A DNA stretch of 64,000 nucleotides from an uncultured Acidobacteriota bacterium (lineage in GTDB: Bacteria; Acidobacteriota; Terriglobia; UBA7540): contig CAWDSK010000002.1 of NCBI GenBank assembly GCA_963804995.1, positions 288,001-352,000 of the forward strand, read 5' to 3'. The translations under genes and the position numbers were made by a program. The number at the start of each line of letters is the position of its first letter. Within the stretch, counting starts at the first letter, position 1. Below the pieces are notes generated by a model. That model saw nothing but the letters and a program-made list of their open reading frames with translations, did not search any database and was not told where the DNA came from. This document shows, piece by piece, positions 30,268 through 40,836 of this stretch.

Positions 30268-30624
30268 TTATTTCCCTTCGTTGATCGCGGACGCCAGGGT
30301 GTGGATTTCCGTTCGCAGCAGTTCCACGCCGGCGCGGTACTGGAGTTGGGTTCGTGCCAGAGCCAAGCCCTCGCGGTCCAAACTGACGTTGTTGCCGTCC
30401 GGGCGCTCGATCAATCCCTGGACTTCCTCGACGCGCGGCGAGCCCGGGTCACCCTGTAAACCGAACTCGGCCCGGCGCATTTCGCTCTCAAAGTCCAAGT
30501 CCCGGGTGCGATAGCCGGGGGTATCGACGTTGGCCAGATTGCTGGAAACTAGTCCCTGGCGGAACGCCACGAGGTCCAGGTAACGTTCCAGGCGGCGCAT
30601 CATGGGGGTTTCGATCCAGTTCAT
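30268..30624 (-). CDS. flgB: Basal-body rod protein FlgB
   Basis: SNLANVDTPGY, DGNNVSLDRE. Confidence 0.95.
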   Translation of the reverse strand: MNWIETPMMRRLERYLDLVAFRQGLVSSNLANVDTPGYRTRDLDFESEMRRAEFGLQGDPGSPRVEEVQGLIERPDGNNVSLDREGLALARTQLQYRAGVELLRTEIHTLASAINEGK

Positions 30625-31951
30625 GCGGCCCTCCTGGGAGGTAAACCAAATTCGCGAATCTTGTTGCGTACCGTACGCAGGCTAACACCCAGCATGCCTG
30701 CGGCGCGGGTGCGGTTTCCGCCTGTTGCCTCCAGCGTCTTCTTCGAGGAGCGTGCGTTCGAGTTCGCGCAGCGTTACCCCAGGTGAGATTGCCCCCAGGG
30801 GCGGCGCATCCTCTTGAAGATCGGCTTCCGGCAGCAGCTCCACTCCGGCTACGGGTCCGGGAGAAAGCACCAAAGCACGACGAATGAAGTTTTCAAGCTC
30901 GCGCACGTTGCCGGGCCAGTCGTAGACTTGCAGCCGCTCGAGGAGTTCCGGCGAGAGCCCCACCACGTTGGAGCGTGAGGCTGGCGCGTATTTGCGGAGG
31001 AAGTGCTCGACCAAATCGGGAATATCTTCGCGCCGCTCCCGCAAGGGCGGAAGCGAGAGCGGAATCACATTGAGTCGAAAGAAGAGGTCAGCGCGGAATT
31101 TCCCTTCCGCCACCAGCCCCCCCAGAGGCCGGTTGGTAGTGGCAATGACCCGTACGTCCACGGGCAGAGGCCGCGTGTCACCCAGCCGGTCGACTTCCCG
31201 TTCCTGGAGGACGCGCAGCAGTTTAGGTTGCAGGCCCAGCGGCATCTCGGCAATTTCATCCAGCAGCAGCGTGCCCTTATGGGCCAATTCAAATTTGCCG
31301 GCCTTGGAACCCATCGCCCCTGTGAAAGCTCCGCGCACGTGGCCGAAGAGCTCGCTCTCGAGGTAACGTGTCGGGGAATCCCGCGACGTTTACGGCCACA
31401 AAAGGCCGCTGGCTGCGGGGGCTGGAGCGATGGATCAGTCGCGCCAGAACTTCCTTGCCCGTCCCGCTCTCGGCCTCCACCAGGATGTCAGCGTCCGTGC
31501 GTGCCACCTGCCGGGCGCGCTCAATCAGGCGCTGCGTCATGGGGGAATTCCCAACGAATTCCACACTGTTCTGACCCGGCTCCTTGCCCCCGCGCGCCCC
31601 TAGTACGCGCAAGGCAGCCTCTTTCAATTGCTCGAAGGAGACGGGCTTTACCAGATAGTCGCAAGCGCCGGCGCGCATGGCATTGACAGCCTCCGGCACG
31701 TTGGCAAAAGCCGTCAGAAAAATCACGGCTGTCTCCGGCGCCAGGGCCCGCACGCCCTGCATGACGCGCAGACCGTCTCCATCCGGCATGCGCATATCGG
31801 TGACGACCAGTGGGCAGGGCGCGGAGCGGAAGCGCGCGAGCGCTTCCGAAGTTCCCGAGGCGGTAGTCACTCTCCACCCCTGGCGGCGGAAATTCGCTTC
31901 CAGCGCCGCCCGCATGCCGGCTTCATCGTCCACTACTAGAACCTGATTCAT
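30621..31951 (-). CDS. Sigma-54-dependent response regulator (FleR/NtrC-like); two apparent +1 frameshifts (about 31362 and 30743)
   Basis: REC domain ([14 protein letters not shown]), ESGTGKE, repaired [25 protein letters not shown], repaired [27 protein letters not shown] overlaps the flgB ATG. Confidence 0.88.
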
Positions 31952-33204
31952 TCCTCGACTCCTTGGACCGGAAGCACCAGCGTAAAGGTCGTTCCCTGCC
32001 CCTCCCGGCTCTCGACGTGGATCGTGCCGCGATGTTGCTCGACAACTTTCCGGGTAACCGCCAATCCAATCCCGGGGCTGCCGGGATAGGTCGTGAACCC
32101 CGGCGCAAAGATCTTTTCCAAATTCTCCGTGCTGATGCCCACCCCTTGATCGGCAAAGCTGACGGTGGCAGTGGAGCAGGATTCTTCCTCGCGGCGGCAA
32201 ACACTTACCCGCAGCGTCCCGCCCGGTTTCATCGCATGGAAGGCGTTGAGCACCAGATTGAAGAAGGCCTGCTGCAGCCGGGGGGGATCGGCCAGGATGG
32301 GAACCGCGCCTTCCGCCACTCGCAGCTCGACGCGCATTCCCCGCTGCCGCGCCAGCGGGCGAAGGAATTCCACCGTCTCCCTGACCACCCGCGCCATGTC
32401 CACCGGCTGGAGGTTCGCGGGAGGCTGGCTGTGGAAATGCAAGACATTGTTTACGGTGGCCGCCAGCGACCTGAGACCTGCCTGGACGTGGCTGACCCAG
32501 GCTTGCATTTCCGCCTCACCTTCCAAGGCATCCGCCAGGAGCCCGGCGAAAAGTTCCAAACTTCCCAGGGGATTTCGAATCTCATGGGCCAGCAACGTGG
32601 CCATCTCCGCCAGCGCTTGCGACCGTTGCCCTGCTTCCCGTTCACGTTCGAGTTGCTTGGCTTCCGTCATGTCACGAAGGATGAGAATGGAATCGGTCCC
32701 TGTACCGGGGGCGCCCAGCACAGCGCGTGTCACGCCGAGAGTCCGCTCACCCTCCGGGCCCTGGACGGTCCATTCCTGTTCCAAGTGGAAATCTTCATTA
32801 GGAAGCGCAGCGAGCAAGGATCCCAGCATCTGCGGAACTGCCGCCTCCGGTGCCAGCGGTTCCTCGCTGACTGTCAAGAATCGTTGGGCGGCCGGGTTAA
32901 TCATGCGCAGGTTGTTGTTGCTTTCAAACACCAGCACCCCGCACGGCAGTCCTTCCAGAATCCTGCCCAAGTAAGACCGCATGCGTTGGTTTGCTTCCAA
33001 GCTTTCCGCCAAGCTGCGGTTCTTGTTTTCGAGTTCGTGGCGTAGCCGGCCGACTTCTGCCTGGAGCTTCGCGTAGGTCGTTTCGAGCGCCCCTGCGGTT
33101 TGATTAAAAGAGGCAAAGGCCGCGGCCAGCGACTTGCGGGTCGCGCGGGCTGAGCTCCCCGGGGGGGGCAGCTTTTTTTGCCGATCAACAGGCAAATTCT
33201 GCAT
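31948..33204 (-). CDS. PAS sensor histidine kinase (FleS-like)
   Basis: LAHEIRNPL H-box, NLVLNA, DQGVG, IFAPGFTT, GIGLA; no TM segments. Confidence 0.9.
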   Translation of the reverse strand: MQNLPVDRQKKLPPPGSSARATRKSLAAAFASFNQTAGALETTYAKLQAEVGRLRHELENKNRSLAESLEANQRMRSYLGRILEGLPCGVLVFESNNNLRMINPAAQRFLTVSEEPLAPEAAVPQMLGSLLAALPNEDFHLEQEWTVQGPEGERTLGVTRAVLGAPGTGTDSILILRDMTEAKQLEREREAGQRSQALAEMATLLAHEIRNPLGSLELFAGLLADALEGEAEMQAWVSHVQAGLRSLAATVNNVLHFHSQPPANLQPVDMARVVRETVEFLRPLARQRGMRVELRVAEGAVPILADPPRLQQAFFNLVLNAFHAMKPGGTLRVSVCRREEESCSTATVSFADQGVGISTENLEKIFAPGFTTYPGSPGIGLAVTRKVVEQHRGTIHVESREGQGTTFTLVLPVQGVEE

Positions 33205-33220
33205 GGCGTTGACTCACGGA

Positions 33221-33237
33221 AGCACGGAGCGTGCCAA
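33221..33237 (-). promoter_or_regulatory. Sigma-54 (-24/-12) promoter
   Basis: Minus strand TTGGCAC-GCTCC-GTGC between the activator gene and the kinase/regulator/flgB operon. Confidence 0.6.
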
Positions 33238-33239
33238 CC

Positions 33240-34478
33240 TCAGGCTATCCTTCTTAGATTTCTCTCAGCTAGGGGCTCCCCCATCCCCAAGGAGAAATGT
33301 TCGGGCCGGAGTTCTAATTGCTCCTCGGCCAAGATGAATGCCCGCTCGATTGCCTGTCGCAATTCGCGAACATTTCCCGGCCAGGAGTAGTGTTCGAGCA
33401 CCCCCGCGGCATGCGGCGAAAAGGTTTTAGCCGGAACATGCGCTTCCTGGCAGAAGAGGTTCAGGAACTGGCTGCAGAGTGGTGCGATATCTTCACGCCG
33501 CAGCCGCAGGGGCTCAATCTCAATGGGGAAAACCGAGAGGCGATAGTAAAGGTCTTCACGGAAACGTCCCTCTCTGACAAGTCGCGGGAGGTTAGCGTTC
33601 GTGGCGGCGACGACCCGGACATCCACACGCAAGGTGTCGGGGCTGCCCAAGCGCTGGACTTCGCCCTCCTGTAAGAAGCGGAGAAATTTGGCCTGCATCG
33701 AAGCCGGAAGGTCGCCGATCTCGTCCAGCAGAACCGTTCCGCCTTGCGCCAGTTGCAGGCGACCCAGGCGAGACTGGAAGGCGCCGGTAAAAGCGCCGCG
33801 GTTATAACCGAACAGCTCGGCTTCCAACAAAGGTTCAGGAATTGCTGCGCAGTTGACCACCACGAAAGGCCGGTCACGGCGGGGGCTCAATTCGTGCAGG
33901 GCGCGGGCTACTAATTCCTTTCCGGTACCGGTTTCGCCGGTGAGTAAGACGGTCGTCTGCCGTGCGGCGACGAGCCGCACCAAGCGATATACGCGGCGGA
34001 GTGAGAGACTGTGACCTATCATGCCGGGCAGGGGATCAGCGCCCTCCACCCCTGCTGTGGAGCTGCGCAGCGAGTCAAAAATCGGCGCGGGCAATTCGCT
34101 TGGGATTCGGGGCTCGCGGGAGTTTTGGAGCAGGTGAAACATCTCGCTTGGAGTGGGAAGCAGGTTGGGGTTATCCCCAAGGGGCGCGGGACTAATCTTG
34201 GACTCGAGCAAAAGGACTTCGACCTGCGGATACCGGGCGCGAATCACGCTGACAAGTTCACTCGCATCCAGGTCCGGCAAGCAGGGGTCGAGCAAAATGG
34301 TTCTGTACGTGCCCGTCTCGAGCAAAGCGAGAGCCTCCGCACCACCGCCAGCCTCCTCTGCGGATCTGCTGCGCGCAGCCAACGTCTTAAGAATTCTCTC
34401 CCGGAAGAGCGGGTCAGGACTTGCCACCAGAGTGGGGAGACGCTCCCTTTGGGCAGCGTTGAAGGTACTGGTCATCAT
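33240..34478 (-). CDS. Sigma-54 enhancer-binding protein (FleQ/FlrA-like) with atypical REC domain and no C-terminal HTH
   Basis: [29 protein letters not shown]; protein ends about 20 aa after the AAA+ domain. Confidence 0.85.
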   Translation of the reverse strand: MMTSTFNAAQRERLPTLVASPDPLFRERILKTLAARSRSAEEAGGGAEALALLETGTYRTILLDPCLPDLDASELVSVIRARYPQVEVLLLESKISPAPLGDNPNLLPTPSEMFHLLQNSREPRIPSELPAPIFDSLRSSTAGVEGADPLPGMIGHSLSLRRVYRLVRLVAARQTTVLLTGETGTGKELVARALHELSPRRDRPFVVVNCAAIPEPLLEAELFGYNRGAFTGAFQSRLGRLQLAQGGTVLLDEIGDLPASMQAKFLRFLQEGEVQRLGSPDTLRVDVRVVAATNANLPRLVREGRFREDLYYRLSVFPIEIEPLRLRREDIAPLCSQFLNLFCQEAHVPAKTFSPHAAGVLEHYSWPGNVRELRQAIERAFILAEEQLELRPEHFSLGMGEPLAERNLRRIA

Positions 34479-34648
34479 TATCTCCTCGCCGGGTAAGCTC
34501 CATTTGTGTCACGATTTTCTTAGACGGGGATTAGTTTGGAATTAAAGTTCTCTAGGCCGGAGAGTTTGCCAGGTTGCCATGGCGACTCTGTGGCATAGGC
34601 CATCCCATGCACTGGGTCCAGGGGTTTCATGAGAGGAGGCCTCCAACA

Positions 34649-35470
34649 TCAGGTCGTAGGTGCCAAGGGAAGGCGCATGCGAATGCAGCCCGCGCCTGGA
34701 CCATCGGTGACGATCTCAATCCTACCTCCCAGGCCGTCCACAATTCGTTGGTTAATGGCCCATCCGAGCACGCCGTTTTTGGTTGCATGAGAAAACAGCA
34801 AGCCGGGATTTGCGATATCCTCAAGCATTCTGATCTGCATGTACTGCAAGTCCATGCGAGGAGGAACAAGGGCCACACGAGCCTCTCCCTCGGAAGTGGA
34901 AATCTCCACATCCAGGACGTCCCCTCCGGCGCTGTTCTGGATGACCCAAGCGAACAGATTCTGAAATGCTTCGCGCAAGCGGTCCGGATTCAAGCAAACC
35001 TTCGTTGAACCTTCCGTAGTGACTTGAAATCGAATCTCGCGGGTTTCCGCCACCGCTTGGACCTCCCCCTGGACCTCCCTCACCATCTGCTCCAGAGTGA
35101 CCTCCTGTGGTGAACCAGCGGGGGCACTCGATTCGCCCAGGTCCCGGAGTGAAACGATCAACTGTGCCATGTTGTCAGCGAGTTCGAGTGACTGCTCGAG
35201 GATCGCCCGGTATTCCGCTACCGAGTGTTTCCCCAGCAACCCCAACTCGATCCCACCCCGCAAGGCCGTCGCAGTCTGGGCCAGTCGGTGAGCTGTCGCG
35301 GCCAGACATTCACGGCAACGGGTGGGCGTTGCCTGGTAACTTGCCGGAGGGCCAGCCGGGACCAATGCAGGTGTAGCCGGATTTCCTGCCTCGGGCGTCT
35401 CTGTTCCAGCCAAACCGCAGGTAAGTTCAGCCGGAATTACGTTTTGAACCTGCCTAATGTCATTTGGCAT
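34649..35470 (-). CDS. Degenerate histidine kinase-like protein
   Basis: HisKA-like AHRLAQTATALRGGIEL and HATPase-like fold with eroded G boxes; coupled to an OmpR-type regulator. Confidence 0.6.
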   Translation of the reverse strand: MPNDIRQVQNVIPAELTCGLAGTETPEAGNPATPALVPAGPPASYQATPTRCRECLAATAHRLAQTATALRGGIELGLLGKHSVAEYRAILEQSLELADNMAQLIVSLRDLGESSAPAGSPQEVTLEQMVREVQGEVQAVAETREIRFQVTTEGSTKVCLNPDRLREAFQNLFAWVIQNSAGGDVLDVEISTSEGEARVALVPPRMDLQYMQIRMLEDIANPGLLFSHATKNGVLGWAINQRIVDGLGGRIEIVTDGPGAGCIRMRLPLAPTT

Positions 35471-35474
35471 GGTA

Positions 35475-36149
35475 TTAAGCCTCATCCCCGATCTGGTATC
35501 CCACACCGCGAACCGTGTGGATCAACTTTTGCTCGTGGCCGCTATCAACCTTCTTGCGCACATAGTTGATGTATACATCCACGACGTTGGTCATGGTGTC
35601 GAAAGAAAGATTCCACACGTGTTCGATAATCATGGCGCGGGTAACGCAACGGCCGGCGTTGCGCATCAGGTACTCGAGCAGAGCGAATTCTTTGGGCGTG
35701 AGCTCGATAGACTGGCCAGCGCGCTTCACGATCCGTTCCACGCGGTTCAATTCCAAGTCGCCCACCCGGAGCACCACCGCCGCAGGTTGCGCGGCCCGCC
35801 GTAACAGGGCGCGAACCCGGGCGGAAAGTTCAGTGAAGGAGAAAGGTTTGGTCAGATAATCGTCGGCGCCCAAATCCAATCCCTTCACGCGGTCTTCGAC
35901 ACGGTTGCGGCCGGTCAGAATCAGGACAGGCAGGGCCGGCTTGGTTTCGCGAATGTGTTTCAAAACGTCCAGCCCGTCCACACGGGGAAGCGATAGATCG
36001 AGCACCGCCACGTCATACTCAACTTGGCTGACCATGAACTGCGCCTCATCTCCATCCTGAGCCACATCCACAGCGTATTGCTCGGCTTCCAACCCCTTTT
36101 GGACAAAACTGGCCACCGGTTTATCGTCTTCAGCTATTAGGACACGCAT
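35475..36149 (-). CDS. OmpR/PhoB family response regulator
   Basis: VLIAEDD, LDLSLP, GADDYLTKPF, LTPKEF, IHTVRGVGY. Confidence 0.95.
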   Translation of the reverse strand: MRVLIAEDDKPVASFVQKGLEAEQYAVDVAQDGDEAQFMVSQVEYDVAVLDLSLPRVDGLDVLKHIRETKPALPVLILTGRNRVEDRVKGLDLGADDYLTKPFSFTELSARVRALLRRAAQPAAVVLRVGDLELNRVERIVKRAGQSIELTPKEFALLEYLMRNAGRCVTRAMIIEHVWNLSFDTMTNVVDVYINYVRKKVDSGHEQKLIHTVRGVGYQIGDEA

Positions 36150-36616
36150 CTTCTCACCCTATTCCCATTTTGAGTGGGAGAGGCAATGCCCGGCTTCTGG
36201 TCCGTTTTTGCCTCTCTCATGAAGGACTCGCCTTCATTAATCACACCTTAATTCGGCGGGAACGGGGCAAAGGTTGAGGAAATCTCACGGAAGGATTTTG
36301 CTCACGTTAGAAACGGGAAGTTTGTCTGCTTCGAAAGTGCGCCAGGCGTGAATCTCATTATGCGCATGCTCGTGCAAGGGTCTGGCTGAGACAGTTATCT
36401 GCGAGGTCGTTTTCCGATGCCATCGTAGAGGAAACCGAAGCGAGGAAGTGTCTTCCTTCCTTGAACCCAACCTCCCATCATCCCACCAGACACAACGTCC
36501 CAAATCCACTTAAGAGACTTCGCCTCAGGCCGATGAAAGTTAACGGAGAGATACTCGTGGCTTAGCTCCAGCCCACGGGTTCTTACTCCGCGCCGAGTCG
36601 GTGGTTTGGGAAGGCC

Positions 36617-37693
36617 ATGATTAACCGCATGCTTCCGAAAGTGTTGATCGTGGACGACGACCCTGCCGTCCGTATGTTCTTCCGCGAGGTCCTGATGCCT
36701 TTGGCGGCGCGTGTGGCTGAGGCCCCTGACGGTCCCTGCGCGCTCGATGCCATCGAAAGCGGCGACTTCGACATCATCGTGTGCGACGTCTGGATGCCCG
36801 GCGCCTCGGGGCTTGACCTCCTATCCATGGCTCACCAGACACGCTGGGACATTGGATTCATTCTGGTGACTGGGGAAGTCCAGGTCGAAACGGTGATCGC
36901 CGCGCTGCGCCTGCAAGCCGCCGATTTTCTGCTCAAGCCCGTGACGCCGGAAGAATTGACGCGAGCCGTGACGCGGACCTATGAACGGCTGGAGACGCTC
37001 CGGCAAAGGCGCGCTTACCAGGGTTCCCTCGAAACCAGCATCCAGCGCCGGACTGGTGAGCTGAAGGCCGCCCTGATTGAACTGGAATCCAATTACCAGA
37101 TGACGCTGGAAGCTTTGGTGGCGGCGCTCGATGCCCGTGAACATGAGACCTTCGCACATTCCATGCGGGTGCGCACCTACACGCGCATTCTGGCCCGGCG
37201 GGCGGGTTACCCACCGGCGCTGCTGACGGCGCTGGAACAAGGCGCTTTGCTGCACGATATCGGCAAAATCGCTGTGTCGGACGCAATCCTGCTGAAGCCT
37301 GCCAAGCTTACTCCCGAGGAATGGGTGGAGATGCGCAAGCATCCCGCGGCCGGAGACGAAATCCTGAAACGCGTTCCCTTCTTGCGGCTCGCCAGTGACG
37401 TGGTTCGCCACCACCACGAGCGCTTCGACGGCACAGGTTATCCCGATGCCCTGAAGGCTGCGCAGATTCCACTCGGCGCACGGTTGTTTGCCATGGCCGA
37501 CACGCTGGACGCCATGACCTCTGACCGCTCCTATCGCAAGGCTCCGGGGTTTGATGCGGCGCGGGCCGAGGTGGAGCGCATGAGTGGCAAACAATTTGAT
37601 CCCCAGATAGTCGAATTGTTCCTCAAGATTTCCCCCACTATCTGGATGGACGTGCGCGCCAAAGCAGGAAGCGCCTCCGTAGTTGGAAGGTGA
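36617..37693 (+). CDS. Response regulator with HD-GYP domain (cyclic di-GMP phosphodiesterase, RpfG-like)
   Basis: REC domain plus LLHDIGK, HHHERFDGTGYP, FDP. Confidence 0.93.
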   Translation: MINRMLPKVLIVDDDPAVRMFFREVLMPLAARVAEAPDGPCALDAIESGDFDIIVCDVWMPGASGLDLLSMAHQTRWDIGFILVTGEVQVETVIAALRLQAADFLLKPVTPEELTRAVTRTYERLETLRQRRAYQGSLETSIQRRTGELKAALIELESNYQMTLEALVAALDAREHETFAHSMRVRTYTRILARRAGYPPALLTALEQGALLHDIGKIAVSDAILLKPAKLTPEEWVEMRKHPAAGDEILKRVPFLRLASDVVRHHHERFDGTGYPDALKAAQIPLGARLFAMADTLDAMTSDRSYRKAPGFDAARAEVERMSGKQFDPQIVELFLKISPTIWMDVRAKAGSASVVGR

Positions 37694-37930
37694 ATCTTCG
37701 CATCTCGGTCGCCCCAGCAAGATTGATTGCACCTTCCACCACTTTCCCCACGAATCTTCCGGCAAGCCTGCCTGTAAGAAATAAACTGGGCGTTCTATAG
37801 TCACCTCAGCAAGCCAAGGGCAAATCAACACCTCAAGTTCCCACAAATTGTTTTGTAGCTTAGAATGGGCAGCGCACGGCCGCGGCGTTGCCTGCCAACC
37901 CTCGCGAGTTCTGCTCCAAGGAGTGCAGCC

Positions 37931-40117
37931 TTGAAACGCGCCACCGGTTTCCTTTTCGGATTCTTCCTTCTCAGCCTGCCATGGCTTGAGGCTCAGTCTG
38001 CGAAGAAACTCCTGACGGTTCAGCAGGTCGTGCAGAGCGGCAGCATCGTCGCGCCCGGCATTTCCGCGCTCGGTTGGCGTCCGGGCGGGAAGCAGTTGAC
38101 CTTCGTGCGTCCCGGGCCGCCAGGCAACGCCAGTGCTTCGACGCTCTGCGCGTATGACTTGGAGCGCCATGCCGAGACGGTGCTCTTCAATTCCTTGGAC
38201 CACAAAGAAAAGCTCAACCTCAGTTCCTACCAATGGTCTCCGCGAGGTGATGCGATTCTGCTGGAAGGAGACAACGATCTGTGGTTGCTGGAGGCTCGAA
38301 CGGGGCAACTGCGGCGACTGACCCACGATGCCGATACGGAGGAAGTCCCCGCCTTTTCTCCGGCAGGTGACCGGATCGCTTTCGTGAAGAAGCACAACCT
38401 CTTTGTGTTGGACCTCGGCACCGGCGCCGCGCGGCGACTGACCCGCGATGGAAACGACACCGTCTACAACGGCCGGCTCAACTGGGTCTACGAGGAGGAG
38501 TTGGCCAATCGCTCCACGGCGCGAGCTTTTGAATGGTCGCCGGACGGCAAGCGCATCGCCTACTTGCGCCTCGACGATGGTCCCGTTCCCGATTACCCCA
38601 TTACCGATTACCTGGCGACGCACGTGCGCCTGGATCACGAGCGTTTTCCGCAAGCAGGCGATCCCAATCCGCGAGCTACGCTGCACATCATCACATTGGA
38701 GGATGCCGCCGCGCAGCCCGCAACCTTTACCCCGAACGCGAAGCTGGTGGAATACCTTGGCCCCTCCTTCACGTGGACTCCGGATTCGACGGCACTCTGC
38801 TTCCTGGCTATCAACCGCGCGCAAACTGAGGTCACCGTGCATCGCTGGGAGCCCGGCACAGGGAAGGATAGCGTTCTGTTCATCGAGCATGACTCTTACT
38901 GGGTGAATTCGCTTGAGCCTCCGCGCTTCTTGAAAGGTGGCCATGAGTTCCTGTGGGTTTCCGAGCGGGACGGATGGCAGCACGTCTATCTGTACACGGC
39001 GGAGGGAAAGCTGGTCCGGCAGATTACCCGCGGGGCGTGGATGCTTGACCGGCCGGTGTTCCTGGATGCTCCCCTTTTCCAGGTGGACGCGCAGGAGCAT
39101 TGGCTTTACTTTGCCGCCACCCACCCCGATCCGCGCGAGAGGCAGCTCTACCGCATTCATCTGGATGGCAGCGGCATGGAGCGCCTTACGACGGAGCCCG
39201 GCTCGCATACGCTCAACCTTTCGCCCGATGGCCGCTTTCTGGTCGATCAATTCTCCACCCCGGATTCGCCGCCGGTCGCGCGCCTGCTGAGTTCCGAGGG
39301 GAAGGACGTGGCCACTCTTGATGCCCCGGCACATCACCTGGACAACTATGCCTTGGGCAAGCGCGAGTTCCTGGAAGTGAAGGCTCCGGATGGCGCCACA
39401 CTTTATGCGCAATTGCTCAAGCCCCCGGACTTCGACCCCACGCGCCGGTATCCGGTGGTGGTCGATGTTTACGGCGGGCCGCATATTCAGCTTGTCCAGA
39501 AGCACTGGGATCCGAACAGCCTCTTCGAGCAACTCCTCGCTGAAAACGGGTTTTTGGTTTGGACGCTCGATAATCGAGGCTCCTGGGGGCGCGGCCACGC
39601 CTGGGAGTCTGTGATCTTCAAAGACTTGGGGAAGCACGAACTGGAAGATCAACTGACCGGCGTCGAATATTTGAAATCGCTCCCTTACGTGGATGGCGCG
39701 CGTATCGGGCTGCGCGGGTGGTCCTACGGCGGCTACATGACGCTCTACGCGCTGACCCATGCGCCGGAAGTGTTTAAGTGCGGCTCGGCGGGAGCGCCAG
39801 TGACGGATTGGAAGTTCTACGACAGCATCTATACCGAGCGCTACATGCGCACGCCCGGCGAAAACCCAGAGGGCTACAAAAGCTCGTCGCCGCTCGAGGC
39901 CGCCGCAAATCTGCGGGCTAAGCTGCTGATCATCCATGGCACGTCCGACAACAATGTGCATCTGCAAAACACCATCAACTTCCTCGATGCGCTGATCCGT
40001 GCCGGCAAGCCTTATGAGATTCATTTGCAGCCGGGACAGAAGCACGGCTTTCAGGGAAACATACCCCGAACCTATGTCGACCAGCGCATCCTGGACTTCC
40101 TTAAGCAAGGTTTGTGA
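37931..40117 (+). CDS. S9B dipeptidyl-peptidase IV family, secreted
   Basis: WVYEEE, GWSYGG, HGTSDNNVH, QKHG; TTG start with signal peptide (ORF opens at 37865). Confidence 0.93.
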   Translation: MKRATGFLFGFFLLSLPWLEAQSAKKLLTVQQVVQSGSIVAPGISALGWRPGGKQLTFVRPGPPGNASASTLCAYDLERHAETVLFNSLDHKEKLNLSSYQWSPRGDAILLEGDNDLWLLEARTGQLRRLTHDADTEEVPAFSPAGDRIAFVKKHNLFVLDLGTGAARRLTRDGNDTVYNGRLNWVYEEELANRSTARAFEWSPDGKRIAYLRLDDGPVPDYPITDYLATHVRLDHERFPQAGDPNPRATLHIITLEDAAAQPATFTPNAKLVEYLGPSFTWTPDSTALCFLAINRAQTEVTVHRWEPGTGKDSVLFIEHDSYWVNSLEPPRFLKGGHEFLWVSERDGWQHVYLYTAEGKLVRQITRGAWMLDRPVFLDAPLFQVDAQEHWLYFAATHPDPRERQLYRIHLDGSGMERLTTEPGSHTLNLSPDGRFLVDQFSTPDSPPVARLLSSEGKDVATLDAPAHHLDNYALGKREFLEVKAPDGATLYAQLLKPPDFDPTRRYPVVVDVYGGPHIQLVQKHWDPNSLFEQLLAENGFLVWTLDNRGSWGRGHAWESVIFKDLGKHELEDQLTGVEYLKSLPYVDGARIGLRGWSYGGYMTLYALTHAPEVFKCGSAGAPVTDWKFYDSIYTERYMRTPGENPEGYKSSSPLEAAANLRAKLLIIHGTSDNNVHLQNTINFLDALIRAGKPYEIHLQPGQKHGFQGNIPRTYVDQRILDFLKQGL

Positions 40118-40177
40118 GGGGCGAGTTGAAGAAGTTGAAGAATGAAGATCTCCCGGCTTTTTCAATAAGTCCTTTTC

Positions 40178-40435
40178 TTTTCATAAACATCATGGGTTAG
40201 CGACTATAACTAGCTTATTTTTCATAAACATCATGGGTTAGCTCAAAACCGACATTTTTTCTACATGTGTTTTCAACAACATAATGGGTTCATCCTTCAT
40301 TTTTAATTCCCCCTATTTTGCTGCGCCCAAGCCCTTTGGACGATATATCTGATTTAATTTCAAATACTTAGACACGTGGACATTGTTGCCATTTTACCGC
40401 TAAGTACCTTTGTTTTCTGATATATCATGGGTTAG
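40178..40435. repeat. AT-rich region with four direct repeats of about 23 bp (TTTTCATAAACATCATGGGTTAG)
   Basis: Exact copies at 40178-40200 and 40219-40241; degenerate copies at about 40270-40290 and 40413-40435. Confidence 0.8.
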
Positions 40436-40836
40436 AACGTCCTCTTCGCTCGCTTCCCCCGGTTCCATCCTGCCCCCCCGTCGTTGATTTTCAGGTGCAG
40501 ATTGGTGAGGCGGCTGACTTCCCGGAAGCTGGAATCTCCTTTTAGAGCTCACAGCTCACAGCCGACAGCTTACGGTTAACGGCGCGCAGCGGTCGGAGTT
40601 TTGGAATCAGAAGTCAGCGTATCCCGACTTGTCGGGACTCGCAAAAGGCGCTCGCTGCCTACAGCTTCTCCCAGCCCCCAGTACCCAGATTAACATTTAC
40701 CTTAGGGGTAACTGCAAGTGGAAGATTTACGACTTGGGCTACCGGTAGCCCAAAAATGAAAGAGATCGGGCAAATCGCCCGTCGCCGAGAAGAAATATGC
40801 GTGGAGAAAACTAAAAGTGCCCCAAGGGCGGGCGCC

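Noticed and set aside
21720..31951. Flagellar system as pseudogenised or programmed frameshifting
   Set aside because: No slippery runs or in-frame stops; the shared CTCGA context favours sequencing artefact
36821..40165. 1114-aa minus-strand ORF
   Set aside because: Antisense shadow of the HD-GYP and S9 peptidase genes; no motifs; typical of high-GC DNA
40178..40435. Possible CRISPR array
   Set aside because: Spacers are irregular (18, about 28, more than 100 nt), repeats are degenerate and no cas genes are present
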